Below, piece after piece: positions 1-10,112 of a DNA stretch of 64,000 bases. The position numbers and the translations under genes were made by a program. How positions within the stretch are numbered: the first letter of the stretch is position 1; each line of letters starts with the position of its first letter. The DNA is from a virus. Location: the IMG/VR virus record IMGVR_UViG_3300049793_000099, positions 32,911-96,910 of that record, one strand, 5' to 3'. The notes beneath the pieces were generated by a model. The model saw nothing but the letters and a program-made list of their open reading frames with translations. It was not told the origin of the DNA and did not search any database.

Positions 1-2
1 TT

Positions 3-443
3 AATGAACCTGCAGATTTAAGTGCTACAAGTATGAGAAGTGCTGGAGGACATATTTCAATTGGTTGGGATGAACCTACACAAGATCAACAAATTGATAT
101 GGTTAAAGCTATGGATGCTATAATTGGATTAGAATCTATATTATTAGATACCGATACAGAACGTAAAAAACTTTATGGTAAAGCAGGTTGTTTTAGATTT
201 AGGGAGTATGGAATTGAATATAGAAGTTTATCAAATTTCTGGATTAAAACTGATGAATCTTTACAATGGGCTTGGAATACAACAATGAAAGCTATCGATT
301 TAGTTAATTCTGGTAAAATTGAAAAAGTTAAAAAACACGGAAATAGAATTGTTGAAGCAATTAATACTAATAATAAAGATTTAGCATTAGAGTTATTAAA
401 TGAATTTTCAAAAATTCAAGAAAAAGAATTACAAATAAATTAA
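3..443 (+). CDS. phiEco32-like COOH-NH2 ligase type 2 (glutamine synthetase-like amidoligase), 5' truncated by the window edge
   Basis: Frame is open to the window start (NEPADLSATSMR...). Motifs RSAGGHISIG and RKKLYGKAGCFR...GIEYRSLSNFW are typical of this family. Confidence 0.8.
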   Translation, partial: NEPADLSATSMRSAGGHISIGWDEPTQDQQIDMVKAMDAIIGLESILLDTDTERKKLYGKAGCFRFREYGIEYRSLSNFWIKTDESLQWAWNTTMKAIDLVNSGKIEKVKKHGNRIVEAINTNNKDLALELLNEFSKIQEKELQIN

Positions 444-456
444 AAAAATAAAACAT

Positions 457-2307
457 ATGTGTGGAATTTTTGGAATGTCTACAAATAAACCTGAAAATTT
501 AGATGTTAATGGTGTACATATTTTAGGTATTTATAATATAGAAAGAGGTAGAATGTCTTGTGGATTATCATGGGATGGTGATGTACAATATGGACTTGGT
601 TTTGATAAATTATATACAGATTTTATTGTAGATAGGGAAATTAAACCTATTAAAATACCTATTATGATTGGTCATACTAGACAACCTAGTTATGGTTTCG
701 CAATTACAGAAGATAATGCTCATCCATTTGGATTTGGTACAAGTAAAAATAAGGAAGGATATGAGATGATTTTCTGTCATAATGGAACTTTAAAAAATCA
801 TAAAGAATTAGCTAAAAAATATAATATTGATTTAACTGAAAAAATTCAAAAATTATCGTACGATGGTCATTGTTATGAAACAACTCGTGATAAAATTGAT
901 AGTGAAGTATTAGGTGAAATATTATATAAAACAAAAAAATTTCATGTTTTAAGTGAATATATTGGAGCTGCTGCTTTAGCTTGGACTTGGATTGATGAAC
1001 CAAATAAATTATATTTATGGTCAGGTGCTTCTAAAACAACACAAGGTTCTTTTACAGTTACAGAAGTAGAAGAAAGACCAATGAATGTTTATTGTAAAAA
1101 TGAAAACAGCATGTTCTTTTCATCTTTAAAAGATAGTTTGACTGTTTTAGGTGCATCAAAAAAAGATGATTTACAAATAGATTATAATACTGTTTATATT
1201 ATTACAGATGGTGATTTTGTAAGTGCTGAAAAACATAAAGTTAGTCGGCTGCAAGCAGGACAAAATGAAAATATCACGTATAATCAAAAATATAGTAGAT
1301 ATGATTATGGAAATGAAAATTATTGTGATTGGGAAGATGTGAGATCTCAAAATTTAAATAAAATTTCAACTGATGTTAATACAGCAAAAAATTCAATGAT
1401 TAATTTACAAAATGATAAACTAATTCACCCTATTACATATTATAAAAATAAAGTTTATTGTAAAAGTTTAAGATATTGGGAAAATGATTCTCTTATAAAT
1501 GGAGTTTATCTCTATATTAAAAATTGGGGTTTCAAGTTTGCAGGGATTGACACTTTTACAGCAAACGCTTATGTTAAAATTATAAAAGGTTTAGCTTTTG
1601 ATTATAAAGAAGGAACTTTTAATTTTAATATGTCAAATAAAGAAGGTTTTATACCATTTGAAAAAGATGTTAAAAATATACAATTTCATTATTTTACAGA
1701 TGGTGTTTTATTAAAAACTTTAGAAGATTACAATAGATCTGTAATTTTAAATAAAGATTTAAAAAATTCTGTAAAATGTATTGATTATCAAATGTTATCT
1801 TATATTTCTAAACATCCTATAATTGATATAAATTCTACAAAAACACCTTCTGTTGCAATGTTTGATGGTAAATCTTTTACTGGAAATATAACAGAACTAG
1901 GATTTGAAAAAATATATTATTTTAATAACGGCATATTTGTAAAATGGGTAAAAAGAGAAGACTTAATAACTAAAATTGAAACACCTGTTATAATATTACC
2001 TAGTGTTATAGAGTCAAGTAAGTTTGATAAAGAATTAATTAATAATTCTATTAAATCTATTAAAGATTTTGAAAAAAATAATGAAAAAGTTTTTAATTCA
2101 GAAATAATTACTAAAGAATTAGAGGATGAAGTTTTTATTTCAGAGTTAATTTTAGAATGTTTTGAAAAACATGCTGAAGAAGTATCTGAAACAATTATTG
2201 AACTTTCTGATTGGAAAGATAATGAAAATGTTAAAACCGCAATAAATACACTAAATCTAATAAATCATACTTTAAAAGATTTTGTCGAAAAACCTAATAC
2301 AAAATAA
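457..2307 (+). CDS. Class II (Ntn) glutamine amidotransferase with long C-terminal extension
   Basis: N-terminal MCGIFG (Cys2 nucleophile), ERG, GHTR, NAHPF, HNGTL and DSE motifs. Confidence 0.88.
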   Translation: MCGIFGMSTNKPENLDVNGVHILGIYNIERGRMSCGLSWDGDVQYGLGFDKLYTDFIVDREIKPIKIPIMIGHTRQPSYGFAITEDNAHPFGFGTSKNKEGYEMIFCHNGTLKNHKELAKKYNIDLTEKIQKLSYDGHCYETTRDKIDSEVLGEILYKTKKFHVLSEYIGAAALAWTWIDEPNKLYLWSGASKTTQGSFTVTEVEERPMNVYCKNENSMFFSSLKDSLTVLGASKKDDLQIDYNTVYIITDGDFVSAEKHKVSRLQAGQNENITYNQKYSRYDYGNENYCDWEDVRSQNLNKISTDVNTAKNSMINLQNDKLIHPITYYKNKVYCKSLRYWENDSLINGVYLYIKNWGFKFAGIDTFTANAYVKIIKGLAFDYKEGTFNFNMSNKEGFIPFEKDVKNIQFHYFTDGVLLKTLEDYNRSVILNKDLKNSVKCIDYQMLSYISKHPIIDINSTKTPSVAMFDGKSFTGNITELGFEKIYYFNNGIFVKWVKREDLITKIETPVIILPSVIESSKFDKELINNSIKSIKDFEKNNEKVFNSEIITKELEDEVFISELILECFEKHAEEVSETIIELSDWKDNENVKTAINTLNLINHTLKDFVEKPNTK

Positions 2308-2309
2308 AA

Positions 2310-4103
2310 ATGAGTGCTGAAAAAAAAGTAATTACAATAAAAAGTGAGGAATTACCTATTTCTAAATGTAGAAAATTTAATACTCTTTATTATAAAATAG
2401 GAGATATTAATATTAAAAATTCAGGGGATTGTTATCTAATTAATGGTAAATGTTATAGAGAAGAAACTGGTTTAATTGTTTATAATCATAGTATAAATAA
2501 ATATGTTATTTTAGATAATACTTTAATTAGAGGTGTTGTTGATATACTAGAAGATGAATTAATTATAGGTTATTTTAATAATAATTTAAAATATTCAAAA
2601 GTTATAGATAAAGAAGATAATTCTTTTTATTTATATAATTCAAAAATTTTTAAAAATAATAAAGAATATAGGGAAAAATTATCTAGTGGAGATTTTTATC
2701 ACATATCAAAACTTTCCGCGTCTAAATTTAATATAATATATTTTCCAAATAAAGATTATAAACATAGTTTACCATATGACTCAAAGGGAATTATCGAACA
2801 TCATTTAAAAGGGTATAAAGAGTATAATCCTGAAATTTCAAACAATATTAAAAATTATGCACCTTTATTAGAAACTTTATCGTTTGGTTTAGAATTTGAA
2901 ACATCAAAAGGTTTTATTCCAAATAGAATACTTGATCAATACGGATTAATTCCTTTAAGAGATGGTTCTATATCAGGTATTGAATATGTTACTATCCCTA
3001 TGGAAGGTGAAAAAGGTTTACAATGTACTGTAGATATTCTTAAGGTATTGAAAGAAAGAACTGAGTATGAGGATAATACTTGTTCATTGCATTTACATTT
3101 AGGTAATATTCCAAGAACAAAAGAATTCATATTGGCATTTTTTAAAGTTGGTATGAAAATACAAGATGAAATGTTTCAAATGTTTCCTTTATATAAAAAA
3201 TATAATTATCATATTAAAAATAAAAATTATTCTGCACCATTACCAACATTTGAAATTTTATCTCAATTAGATCCTATTATCACTTCTGATAATATTGATT
3301 TTAATTTTGGAATATTGTACAAATATTTATCTATGGGTCAAGATTTCAAATCTGTTGGTAATGATCTTAATAATGTTGTGGCACATCCAGCAGATCCTAA
3401 TGGTAATCAAAAATGGTTAGTCAAATGTCGTTATTTTTTATATAATGTAGTTCCATTAATCTTTGGTAATAAACAAACTATAGAATTTAGAATTCACACT
3501 CCTACTTATGATATAAATAAAATATTACCTTTTATTTTCATGAATAGTTTGATAGTTAATTTTACGATAAAGCACCAAGAAAGAATTTTGAGAAACAAAG
3601 ATTTTTTAAATCAATTTGATTTATTTGGTATTTTAAGTAATCAAACGGAAGAGTATGATATTTTATGTGGAAGTAAATTTAGAGATTTAATGTATAATTA
3701 TATTGAAAAAAGAAAAAATTATTGTGAAAGTCAAATATTAAAAGGTAATATTTTAGGTACTGAATCTGAAATACCTGCACCAATGGATATTAATTGGATA
3801 AGTAATCAAGAAGAAAAAAAGAATTCTTTTTTTAAACAACACAGTCCAAAACCTTTACCAAAACTGAAAGTGCAAAATAATTACGATAAAGGTATGGACA
3901 CTATAAGAAAACCTATAGTTGTTTCTGAACATCAAGAATTATATAATTGGGAGAATAATATAAAACCTATACTTTTTAATAATTCAAGTTTTAAAGATGC
4001 AACGGAAACCAAAATTAATGTAGGTATTAAATCTCAAATAGAAAAATTAGAACAATCTCTAATAGCAGAGTTTAAAACACAAGCCTATGACCTCCCTTAC
4101 TAA
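2310..4103 (+). CDS. Putative amidoligase (Amidoligase_2-like COOH-NH2 ligase)
   Basis: FGLEFET, DGSI, EYVT, CSLHLHLG and TIEFRIH motifs in the expected order. Confidence 0.82.
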   Translation: MSAEKKVITIKSEELPISKCRKFNTLYYKIGDINIKNSGDCYLINGKCYREETGLIVYNHSINKYVILDNTLIRGVVDILEDELIIGYFNNNLKYSKVIDKEDNSFYLYNSKIFKNNKEYREKLSSGDFYHISKLSASKFNIIYFPNKDYKHSLPYDSKGIIEHHLKGYKEYNPEISNNIKNYAPLLETLSFGLEFETSKGFIPNRILDQYGLIPLRDGSISGIEYVTIPMEGEKGLQCTVDILKVLKERTEYEDNTCSLHLHLGNIPRTKEFILAFFKVGMKIQDEMFQMFPLYKKYNYHIKNKNYSAPLPTFEILSQLDPIITSDNIDFNFGILYKYLSMGQDFKSVGNDLNNVVAHPADPNGNQKWLVKCRYFLYNVVPLIFGNKQTIEFRIHTPTYDINKILPFIFMNSLIVNFTIKHQERILRNKDFLNQFDLFGILSNQTEEYDILCGSKFRDLMYNYIEKRKNYCESQILKGNILGTESEIPAPMDINWISNQEEKKNSFFKQHSPKPLPKLKVQNNYDKGMDTIRKPIVVSEHQELYNWENNIKPILFNNSSFKDATETKINVGIKSQIEKLEQSLIAEFKTQAYDLPY

Positions 4104-4788
4104 AAATATAAATGGTTTTAATTGGAAAAAAGAATTAAATTTAGAATGGTCAACAGCTTTATCTGATTTATTAGAATCTGATTATTCAAAACATCTAAGT
4201 AATTTTATAGAACAAGTTTATCTATCTGATAAAGAAATTTATCCTATAAAAAATAGATTATTTATACCTTTTAAAAGATGTTCTTTAAAAGATGTTAAAA
4301 TTGTGGTAATTGATAATAGACCTGTTAAAGATATTAGATCATCAGGTATAGGTAGAGGTATGCAAGAATCTTCAATATTAATTAAAGATTTACCTAGAGA
4401 ATTAAGAGAATTTAGAGATTGTATTTATGAAACAATATATGGAAATCAATATAGTATAACTAATTTTGATAATAGTCTTGATGATTATTGTGATGAAGAT
4501 ATGTTATTTTTAAATTGTTCGATGTGTGTTGAAAAAGATAAAGATTATACAATTATTTGGAAACATTTTATTCGTAATGTAATTCAAGAAATTAATAAAA
4601 AAAAAGAAAATGTTGTATATTTATTTTTAACAGGTGATAATTTAGATTTATGTGAGTATATTAATGGAGATAAAAACAAAATTATAATAAATCCATTTTC
4701 AATATTAATGAGTTATTCAACTATTTTTACAGAATTAGATGAATATATAGAAGAAAATTATCCACAATTTAATAGGATTTCATGGTAG
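4087..4788 (+). CDS. Uracil-DNA glycosylase (family 1) fold protein with substituted catalytic motifs
   Basis: W..L, IYP....F.PF, DVKIVVI, FLN, W..F...VI..I and VVYLFLTG line up with UNG. GQDPY is replaced by DNRPV and HPS by NPF. Confidence 0.7.
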   Translation: MTSLTKNINGFNWKKELNLEWSTALSDLLESDYSKHLSNFIEQVYLSDKEIYPIKNRLFIPFKRCSLKDVKIVVIDNRPVKDIRSSGIGRGMQESSILIKDLPRELREFRDCIYETIYGNQYSITNFDNSLDDYCDEDMLFLNCSMCVEKDKDYTIIWKHFIRNVIQEINKKKENVVYLFLTGDNLDLCEYINGDKNKIIINPFSILMSYSTIFTELDEYIEENYPQFNRISW

Positions 4789-5258
4789 AAAATGAATTAA
4801 TTTGGATTCCTTACAATACTCCAGCACTTAAAAACTCAAAAGTTAAAACAAGTAGAGGTATATTTAGTTCTCCAACTGTTAAAAAGTATTTAAGAAAATT
4901 AGGAATCCAAAGTTATTCTTCTAATAGAAAAACAGTATTAGGATATGTTACAAGACCAAATCGATTTGAACAACTTCGAAAACAATTTGAAAAAGCATTA
5001 TTAAATAAAGGATTTCCTATATTAATATGTTTTCATTTTATTCGAGATAGTAAAAGATTATTTGATTTTGGTAATGCAACAGAAATTATATTCGATTTAC
5101 TTACAGCACACGATATTATTCCTGACGACAATGTATCATTTATATTCCCATCAATCATGACAGTTGATGGGATTTTACCAAATGAAAACAATATTAGAGA
5201 ATTGGAATGGTATTCGATTAATAAAGAAGAAAGTGGAGTTTGGATTAAAATAATTTAA
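4782..5258 (+). CDS. RusA-like Holliday junction resolvase
   Basis: P..KNS N-terminus, R.FD.GN....FDLL...IIPDDN acidic motif, C-terminal GVWIKI strand. Confidence 0.6.
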   Translation: MVENELIWIPYNTPALKNSKVKTSRGIFSSPTVKKYLRKLGIQSYSSNRKTVLGYVTRPNRFEQLRKQFEKALLNKGFPILICFHFIRDSKRLFDFGNATEIIFDLLTAHDIIPDDNVSFIFPSIMTVDGILPNENNIRELEWYSINKEESGVWIKII

Positions 5259-5268
5259 TTAAATAAAA

Positions 5269-5559
5269 ATGAAAAAAGAACTATTACAAAAAATTAGTAG
5301 ATTATGTTGTTTTGCTTTAAGTGATAAAGAATGTATTAAATTACAATCGTATTTAATTGTAGAAGATTACGCATCTGCTAGATTATATTTAGATAAACTT
5401 ATTGAAAATATTGAATGGACTTTAGCATTTGATGAAAATGATGAAGTTATTAAAAAACAATTAATAGATAGTAATTCACTAATGGATTTAGTAATAGAAC
5501 TAACAATTGTAAATGAAAGAGATGAAGGAAACGAACAAGTTGGAACAATTACTCAATGA
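5269..5559 (+). CDS. Hypothetical protein
   Basis: 96-aa ORF tightly packed in the operon. Confidence 0.6.
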   Translation: MKKELLQKISRLCCFALSDKECIKLQSYLIVEDYASARLYLDKLIENIEWTLAFDENDEVIKKQLIDSNSLMDLVIELTIVNERDEGNEQVGTITQ

Positions 5560-6544
5560 TGAGGAAGTTATAGATTTAAAGCTTAGTTATAGCAGAATTT
5601 CTGACTTTTCAAGAAATGGACCAAAAGCATTAATTAGACCTTCAAATCCTGAGGGAGAAGGTCTAAGATTCGGTTCTTATGTAGATGATTTATTAGTAGA
5701 TAAAGTTACAAACAACAATTTATGTAAAAATTTATATGTTGTTTATGATGATAATAAACCAACTGCAACATTAGGTACATTATGTGATATTATTATAGAT
5801 AATTACGATAAAATTCCAGATAAGAATACAGTTTTAAAAATTATAGATCATAATGGATTTTGGAGTAAAATGAAAGAAGAAACTAAGATTAAACAATTTG
5901 ATATTGGTGAATTTTGGGATTATGTTAAAATTAAACTTGAAACAAAAGATAAATTAGTGGTTACTCAAAAAGAATCACAAGATGCTGAAGAATGTATAAG
6001 TTTATTATTAAATCATAAACATACTTATCATTTATTTAATAGCGATTTTGATCATCATTATCAATATAAATTTGAATATTATTATAAAGGATTTCATTTA
6101 AGAGGGATGATTGATAAAATGTCAATTGATCATTATAATAATATTATTTATATGGAAGATATTAAAACAGGTTCGTCGAGAGCAGATGAATTTACAAAAA
6201 GTTTTATTAAATATTGTTATTATTTTCAAGAAGCAGTTTATGTAAAAGCATTTGATAGTATTTGTAAACAATTAGAATTAGTTGGTTATACATTAGCACC
6301 ATTTAAATTCATATTTGTAGGTAGAGGTGAAAAAGTTCCTCACATATTTGAAATAAGTGATAAATGGCATAATGCAGCAATTAAAGGTTTTACAACAAAA
6401 GCTGGTTATAAATATAAAGGTTTAGATGAAAATTTAGATTTAATTTATTATCATTGGAAAAATAAACTTTATGATTTTAGTCAAGAAGTTTATGAAAATA
6501 ACGGAAGTTTAATATTAAATGATGATTTTATAGAAGTAAACTAA
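5513..6544 (+). CDS. PD-(D/E)xK exonuclease (RecB/Cas4-like)
   Basis: LSYSRI N-terminus, FGS..D, LRGMID...EDIKTG and Y..Q...Y motifs. Confidence 0.8.
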   Translation: MKEMKETNKLEQLLNDEEVIDLKLSYSRISDFSRNGPKALIRPSNPEGEGLRFGSYVDDLLVDKVTNNNLCKNLYVVYDDNKPTATLGTLCDIIIDNYDKIPDKNTVLKIIDHNGFWSKMKEETKIKQFDIGEFWDYVKIKLETKDKLVVTQKESQDAEECISLLLNHKHTYHLFNSDFDHHYQYKFEYYYKGFHLRGMIDKMSIDHYNNIIYMEDIKTGSSRADEFTKSFIKYCYYFQEAVYVKAFDSICKQLELVGYTLAPFKFIFVGRGEKVPHIFEISDKWHNAAIKGFTTKAGYKYKGLDENLDLIYYHWKNKLYDFSQEVYENNGSLILNDDFIEVN

Positions 6545-6852
6545 TGGAAGAAAATAATAAAATTATCGCAGAGTTTATGGGTGCAAAATTAACTAAAGAT
6601 TTACAAATAGTATATCCTATTTATGAAGGAGATAGTAGTTATGTAAAAAATCTTAAATATCACTCAGATTGGAATTGGTTAATGGAAGTTGTTGAAAAAA
6701 TATATCAAACTAATTTATATTATGATAAATATATTGATTATAATAGTTCAATGTTTACAAATGGTAAAATAGAATTATCAACCAATAAAGAATCTGTTTA
6801 TAATCAATGTATAGATTTCATTAATTTTTATAATAAACGGAAAGAGAAATAA
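6544..6852 (+). CDS. Hypothetical phage protein
   Basis: NKIIAEFMG...YHSDWNWLMEVVEKI pattern, which I recognise from Bacteroidota phages; coupled to the upstream stop. Confidence 0.65.
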   Translation: MEENNKIIAEFMGAKLTKDLQIVYPIYEGDSSYVKNLKYHSDWNWLMEVVEKIYQTNLYYDKYIDYNSSMFTNGKIELSTNKESVYNQCIDFINFYNKRKEK

Positions 6853-6856
6853 ATTA

Positions 6857-7444
6857 ATGAGTAGAGAAATAGAAAACACTAAAAATAAGTTAAGATTTAA
6901 TAAATCTAAGACTTACTTATTACCATTATTATCAGAAGTGCTAGATTTAAATATAAAATTTTTACCATATCTTATTAATACATATTTATTTGATGAAAAT
7001 AATGAATATGAAAATTGTATATTTATATTACATGAATTCAATTTTAAAAATCCTGAATTCACTAAATATGAACATAAACTTACAAATAATGAATTGTTTG
7101 TAAAACATATTGATATAGATAATAAAGTAGTATATATATTTAAATTCCCAGAAGAATATCTTAATGAATATAATTGTTTATTAAATAGTCAATACTCTAA
7201 ATTTGGAGATGATGCTAAACAATTAATTTTAAGATTTTGGGCTGAAGTATATTCTGGTAATTCTGCAGGTGTAAACTTTCTACTAAAAGTTAAACAAATT
7301 TTATATAAAGAAGAAAAATTAAAAGAGAGATTACAAAAAGAATTAGGTGTTATATTAGATAGTAACCAAGAGTTAGGAGATTACGTTAATCCTCATAATG
7401 AAGTACTAATACTAACAGAAGTTGGAGGGAAAGTATGGAAATAA
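6857..7444 (+). CDS. Hypothetical protein
   Basis: 195-aa ORF in the operon, overlapping the nrdB start. Confidence 0.65.
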   Translation: MSREIENTKNKLRFNKSKTYLLPLLSEVLDLNIKFLPYLINTYLFDENNEYENCIFILHEFNFKNPEFTKYEHKLTNNELFVKHIDIDNKVVYIFKFPEEYLNEYNCLLNSQYSKFGDDAKQLILRFWAEVYSGNSAGVNFLLKVKQILYKEEKLKERLQKELGVILDSNQELGDYVNPHNEVLILTEVGGKVWK

Positions 7445-8442
7445 ATAATAATAATTTAATGATAAAAAAAAGTTTGTTTAATAAACGAATAAATATATTA
7501 CCTTACGAATATCCGCAGTTATTAGCATATAAAGATGCAATACGTCATTCTTATTGGATAGATAGTGAATTTAATTTTACAGAAGATATTCAAAATTTTA
7601 AAGTTGATGTAACTGAAAATGAAAGAGATGTTATAAAGAAAACAATGCTTGCTATTGCACAAATCGAAGTAAATGTTAAAACATTTTGGGCAGATATGTA
7701 TAAAAGAATGCCAATTGCTGAAATTGGAGATGTTGGTATGACATTTGCTGAAAGTGAAGTGCGTCATAAAGATGCATATGCTAAGTTACTGACAATCTTA
7801 GGATTACAAGAAGAATTTGAACATGTTATAGAAGTTCCCGCAATTAAAAACCGTATTAGTTATTTAAATAAATACCTAGATGGTACTAGAAGTAAAGATA
7901 ATAAAATGTACACAAAAAGTATATTATTATTTTCACTATTTGTAGAACATGTTTCATTATTTAGTCAATTTTTAATAATGATGTCTTTCAATAAAGATAG
8001 AAATTTATTTAAAGGTATTTCAAATGTTGTAGAAGCGACATCAAAAGAGGAAGAAATTCATGGTAATTTTGGAGTTGAAATAATCAATATAATTAAATCA
8101 GAAAATCCAGAATGGTTTGATAAAGAATTTGAAGAACTAATAATTTCTGCGTGCATTAAAGCATATGAGGCAGAGTGTCAAATATTAGATTGGATATTTG
8201 AAAAAGGTGAATTAGAATTCTTATCAATATCTACAATTAAAGAATTTATTAAAAATAGATTTAATAACTCTTTAAATAATATTGGAATAAATAATATTTT
8301 TGAAATTGATATAAATTTAATTGAAAAAACATTATGGTTCGATGTGGAAATTAAATCAACAAAAGAAGGTGATTTCTTTTATAAAAAATCAATTGATTAT
8401 TCAAAAAAAACTAAATCTGTAACAGAAGACGATCTGTTTTAA
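7435..8442 (+). CDS. nrdB: Ribonucleotide reductase class I beta subunit (class Id-like)
   Basis: QIEVNVK, ESEVRH..AY, FVEHVSLFSQF and EEEIH dimetal ligands; C-terminal DFF...Y tail. Confidence 0.93.
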   Translation: MEINNNNLMIKKSLFNKRINILPYEYPQLLAYKDAIRHSYWIDSEFNFTEDIQNFKVDVTENERDVIKKTMLAIAQIEVNVKTFWADMYKRMPIAEIGDVGMTFAESEVRHKDAYAKLLTILGLQEEFEHVIEVPAIKNRISYLNKYLDGTRSKDNKMYTKSILLFSLFVEHVSLFSQFLIMMSFNKDRNLFKGISNVVEATSKEEEIHGNFGVEIINIIKSENPEWFDKEFEELIISACIKAYEAECQILDWIFEKGELEFLSISTIKEFIKNRFNNSLNNIGINNIFEIDINLIEKTLWFDVEIKSTKEGDFFYKKSIDYSKKTKSVTEDDLF

Positions 8443-8445
8443 TAT

Positions 8446-10071
8446 ATGGAATATAAAAAAAATTATTGGTTAAATAATGATTCAAGAGAATTTTTATCAA
8501 GAGGTTATATTAATGAATCACCTGAACAAAGAATTAAAGATATATCTAATTATGCTGAAAACATTTTGAATGTTAAAGGATTTGCTTTAAAATTTGAAGA
8601 ATATATGAATAAGGGTTTTTATTCATTATCAACACCTGTATGGATTAATTTTGGTAAAAATAAAGGACTTTCAATTAGTTGTTATGGTTCTAATGTAGAT
8701 GATACATTGGATAGTATTTTAAATGCAGGTAGAGAAATTGGTATGATGTCCAAATATGCTGGAGGTACTTCTATATACTTAGGTAATATTAGAAGTAGAG
8801 GGGAGTCTATTTCAACAGGTGGATTTGCTGATGGACCAATCCATTATGCAAGCATATATGATACAGTTGTAACTGTATGTAAACAAGCTGAAGCTAGAAG
8901 AGGTTCTTGTGCAGTATATTTACCAATTGAACATTCAGATATTGATGAATTTTTAAATATTGGTACAGAAGGTAATCCTATTCAAAATTTACAATATGGA
9001 ATTACTGTTACAGATAAATGGATGAAAGATATGATTTCTGGAGATTCTGATAAACGTAAAATTTGGGCAAAAGTAATTCAAAGAAGAGGTGAATTAGGTT
9101 TTCCATATATAATGTTTAAAGATACTTGTAATAATAATACACCATATAAAGAATTAGGATTAGAAATTACTGCAAGTAATCTTTGTTCCGAAATCCAATT
9201 ACCTACAGATAGTTATCATTCATTTGTATGTTGTCTAGGTTCAATTAATTTACTTCATTGGGATGAAATTGAAAAAACTGACGCAATTGAAACATATATT
9301 TTATTCTTAAACGCAGTAATGGAAGATTTTATTAATAAATCTGAACATTTACCAGGAATGAAACGCGCTTGGAGATTTGCAAAAGAACATCGAGCTTTAG
9401 GTTTAGGTGTTTTAGGTTATCATTCATATTTACAATCAAAATTAATTGAATTTGAATCATTGCAAGCTAAACAAGAGAATTATAAAATATTTAAAATTTT
9501 AAATAAACGTTCTCAAGAAGCATCTAAATGGTGTCATGATATATTAAAAATCACATCATTACGTAATGGACATGCAAATACAACCGTTTTAGCAATAGCT
9601 CCAACTAAATCGAGTAGTTTTATTTTAGGACAAGTTTCAATGGGAATTGAACCAATTAAATCTAATTACTTTATTAAAGATTTAGCTAAATCTAAAACAA
9701 TTTATAAAAATCCATTTCTAATTGCAGAATTGGAAAAGTATGAATTAAATACACCAAATATTTGGAAAAGTATTTTAGATATGGATGGTTCTGTACAACA
9801 TTTAGATTTTCCAACTAAAGAAGTATTTAAATCATTTATTGAAATATCGCCAAAAGAAATTATATTACAAGCAGCTCAAAGACAACAATTTATTGACCAA
9901 TCACAATCATTGAATTTAACAATTCACCCATCTATTCCAATAAAAGAAATTAATAAATTATATATTTATGCTTGGGAAGAAGGTGTTAAAACATTGTATT
10001 ATCAATTTAGTCAAAGTGCAGTGCAGTCGTTTGCAAGAGAAATTAATGAATGTAAATCTTGTGAAGGATAA
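8446..10071 (+). CDS. nrdA: Ribonucleotide reductase class I alpha subunit, no ATP cone
   Basis: ISCY, SNLCSEI, LGLGVLG, APTKSSS, KTLYY and C-terminal CKSC. Confidence 0.95.
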   Translation: MEYKKNYWLNNDSREFLSRGYINESPEQRIKDISNYAENILNVKGFALKFEEYMNKGFYSLSTPVWINFGKNKGLSISCYGSNVDDTLDSILNAGREIGMMSKYAGGTSIYLGNIRSRGESISTGGFADGPIHYASIYDTVVTVCKQAEARRGSCAVYLPIEHSDIDEFLNIGTEGNPIQNLQYGITVTDKWMKDMISGDSDKRKIWAKVIQRRGELGFPYIMFKDTCNNNTPYKELGLEITASNLCSEIQLPTDSYHSFVCCLGSINLLHWDEIEKTDAIETYILFLNAVMEDFINKSEHLPGMKRAWRFAKEHRALGLGVLGYHSYLQSKLIEFESLQAKQENYKIFKILNKRSQEASKWCHDILKITSLRNGHANTTVLAIAPTKSSSFILGQVSMGIEPIKSNYFIKDLAKSKTIYKNPFLIAELEKYELNTPNIWKSILDMDGSVQHLDFPTKEVFKSFIEISPKEIILQAAQRQQFIDQSQSLNLTIHPSIPIKEINKLYIYAWEEGVKTLYYQFSQSAVQSFAREINECKSCEG

Positions 10072-10112
10072 ATTAACAAAGTGTGAAAAAAGGTTTGTAG
10101 TAGCACAAATTT

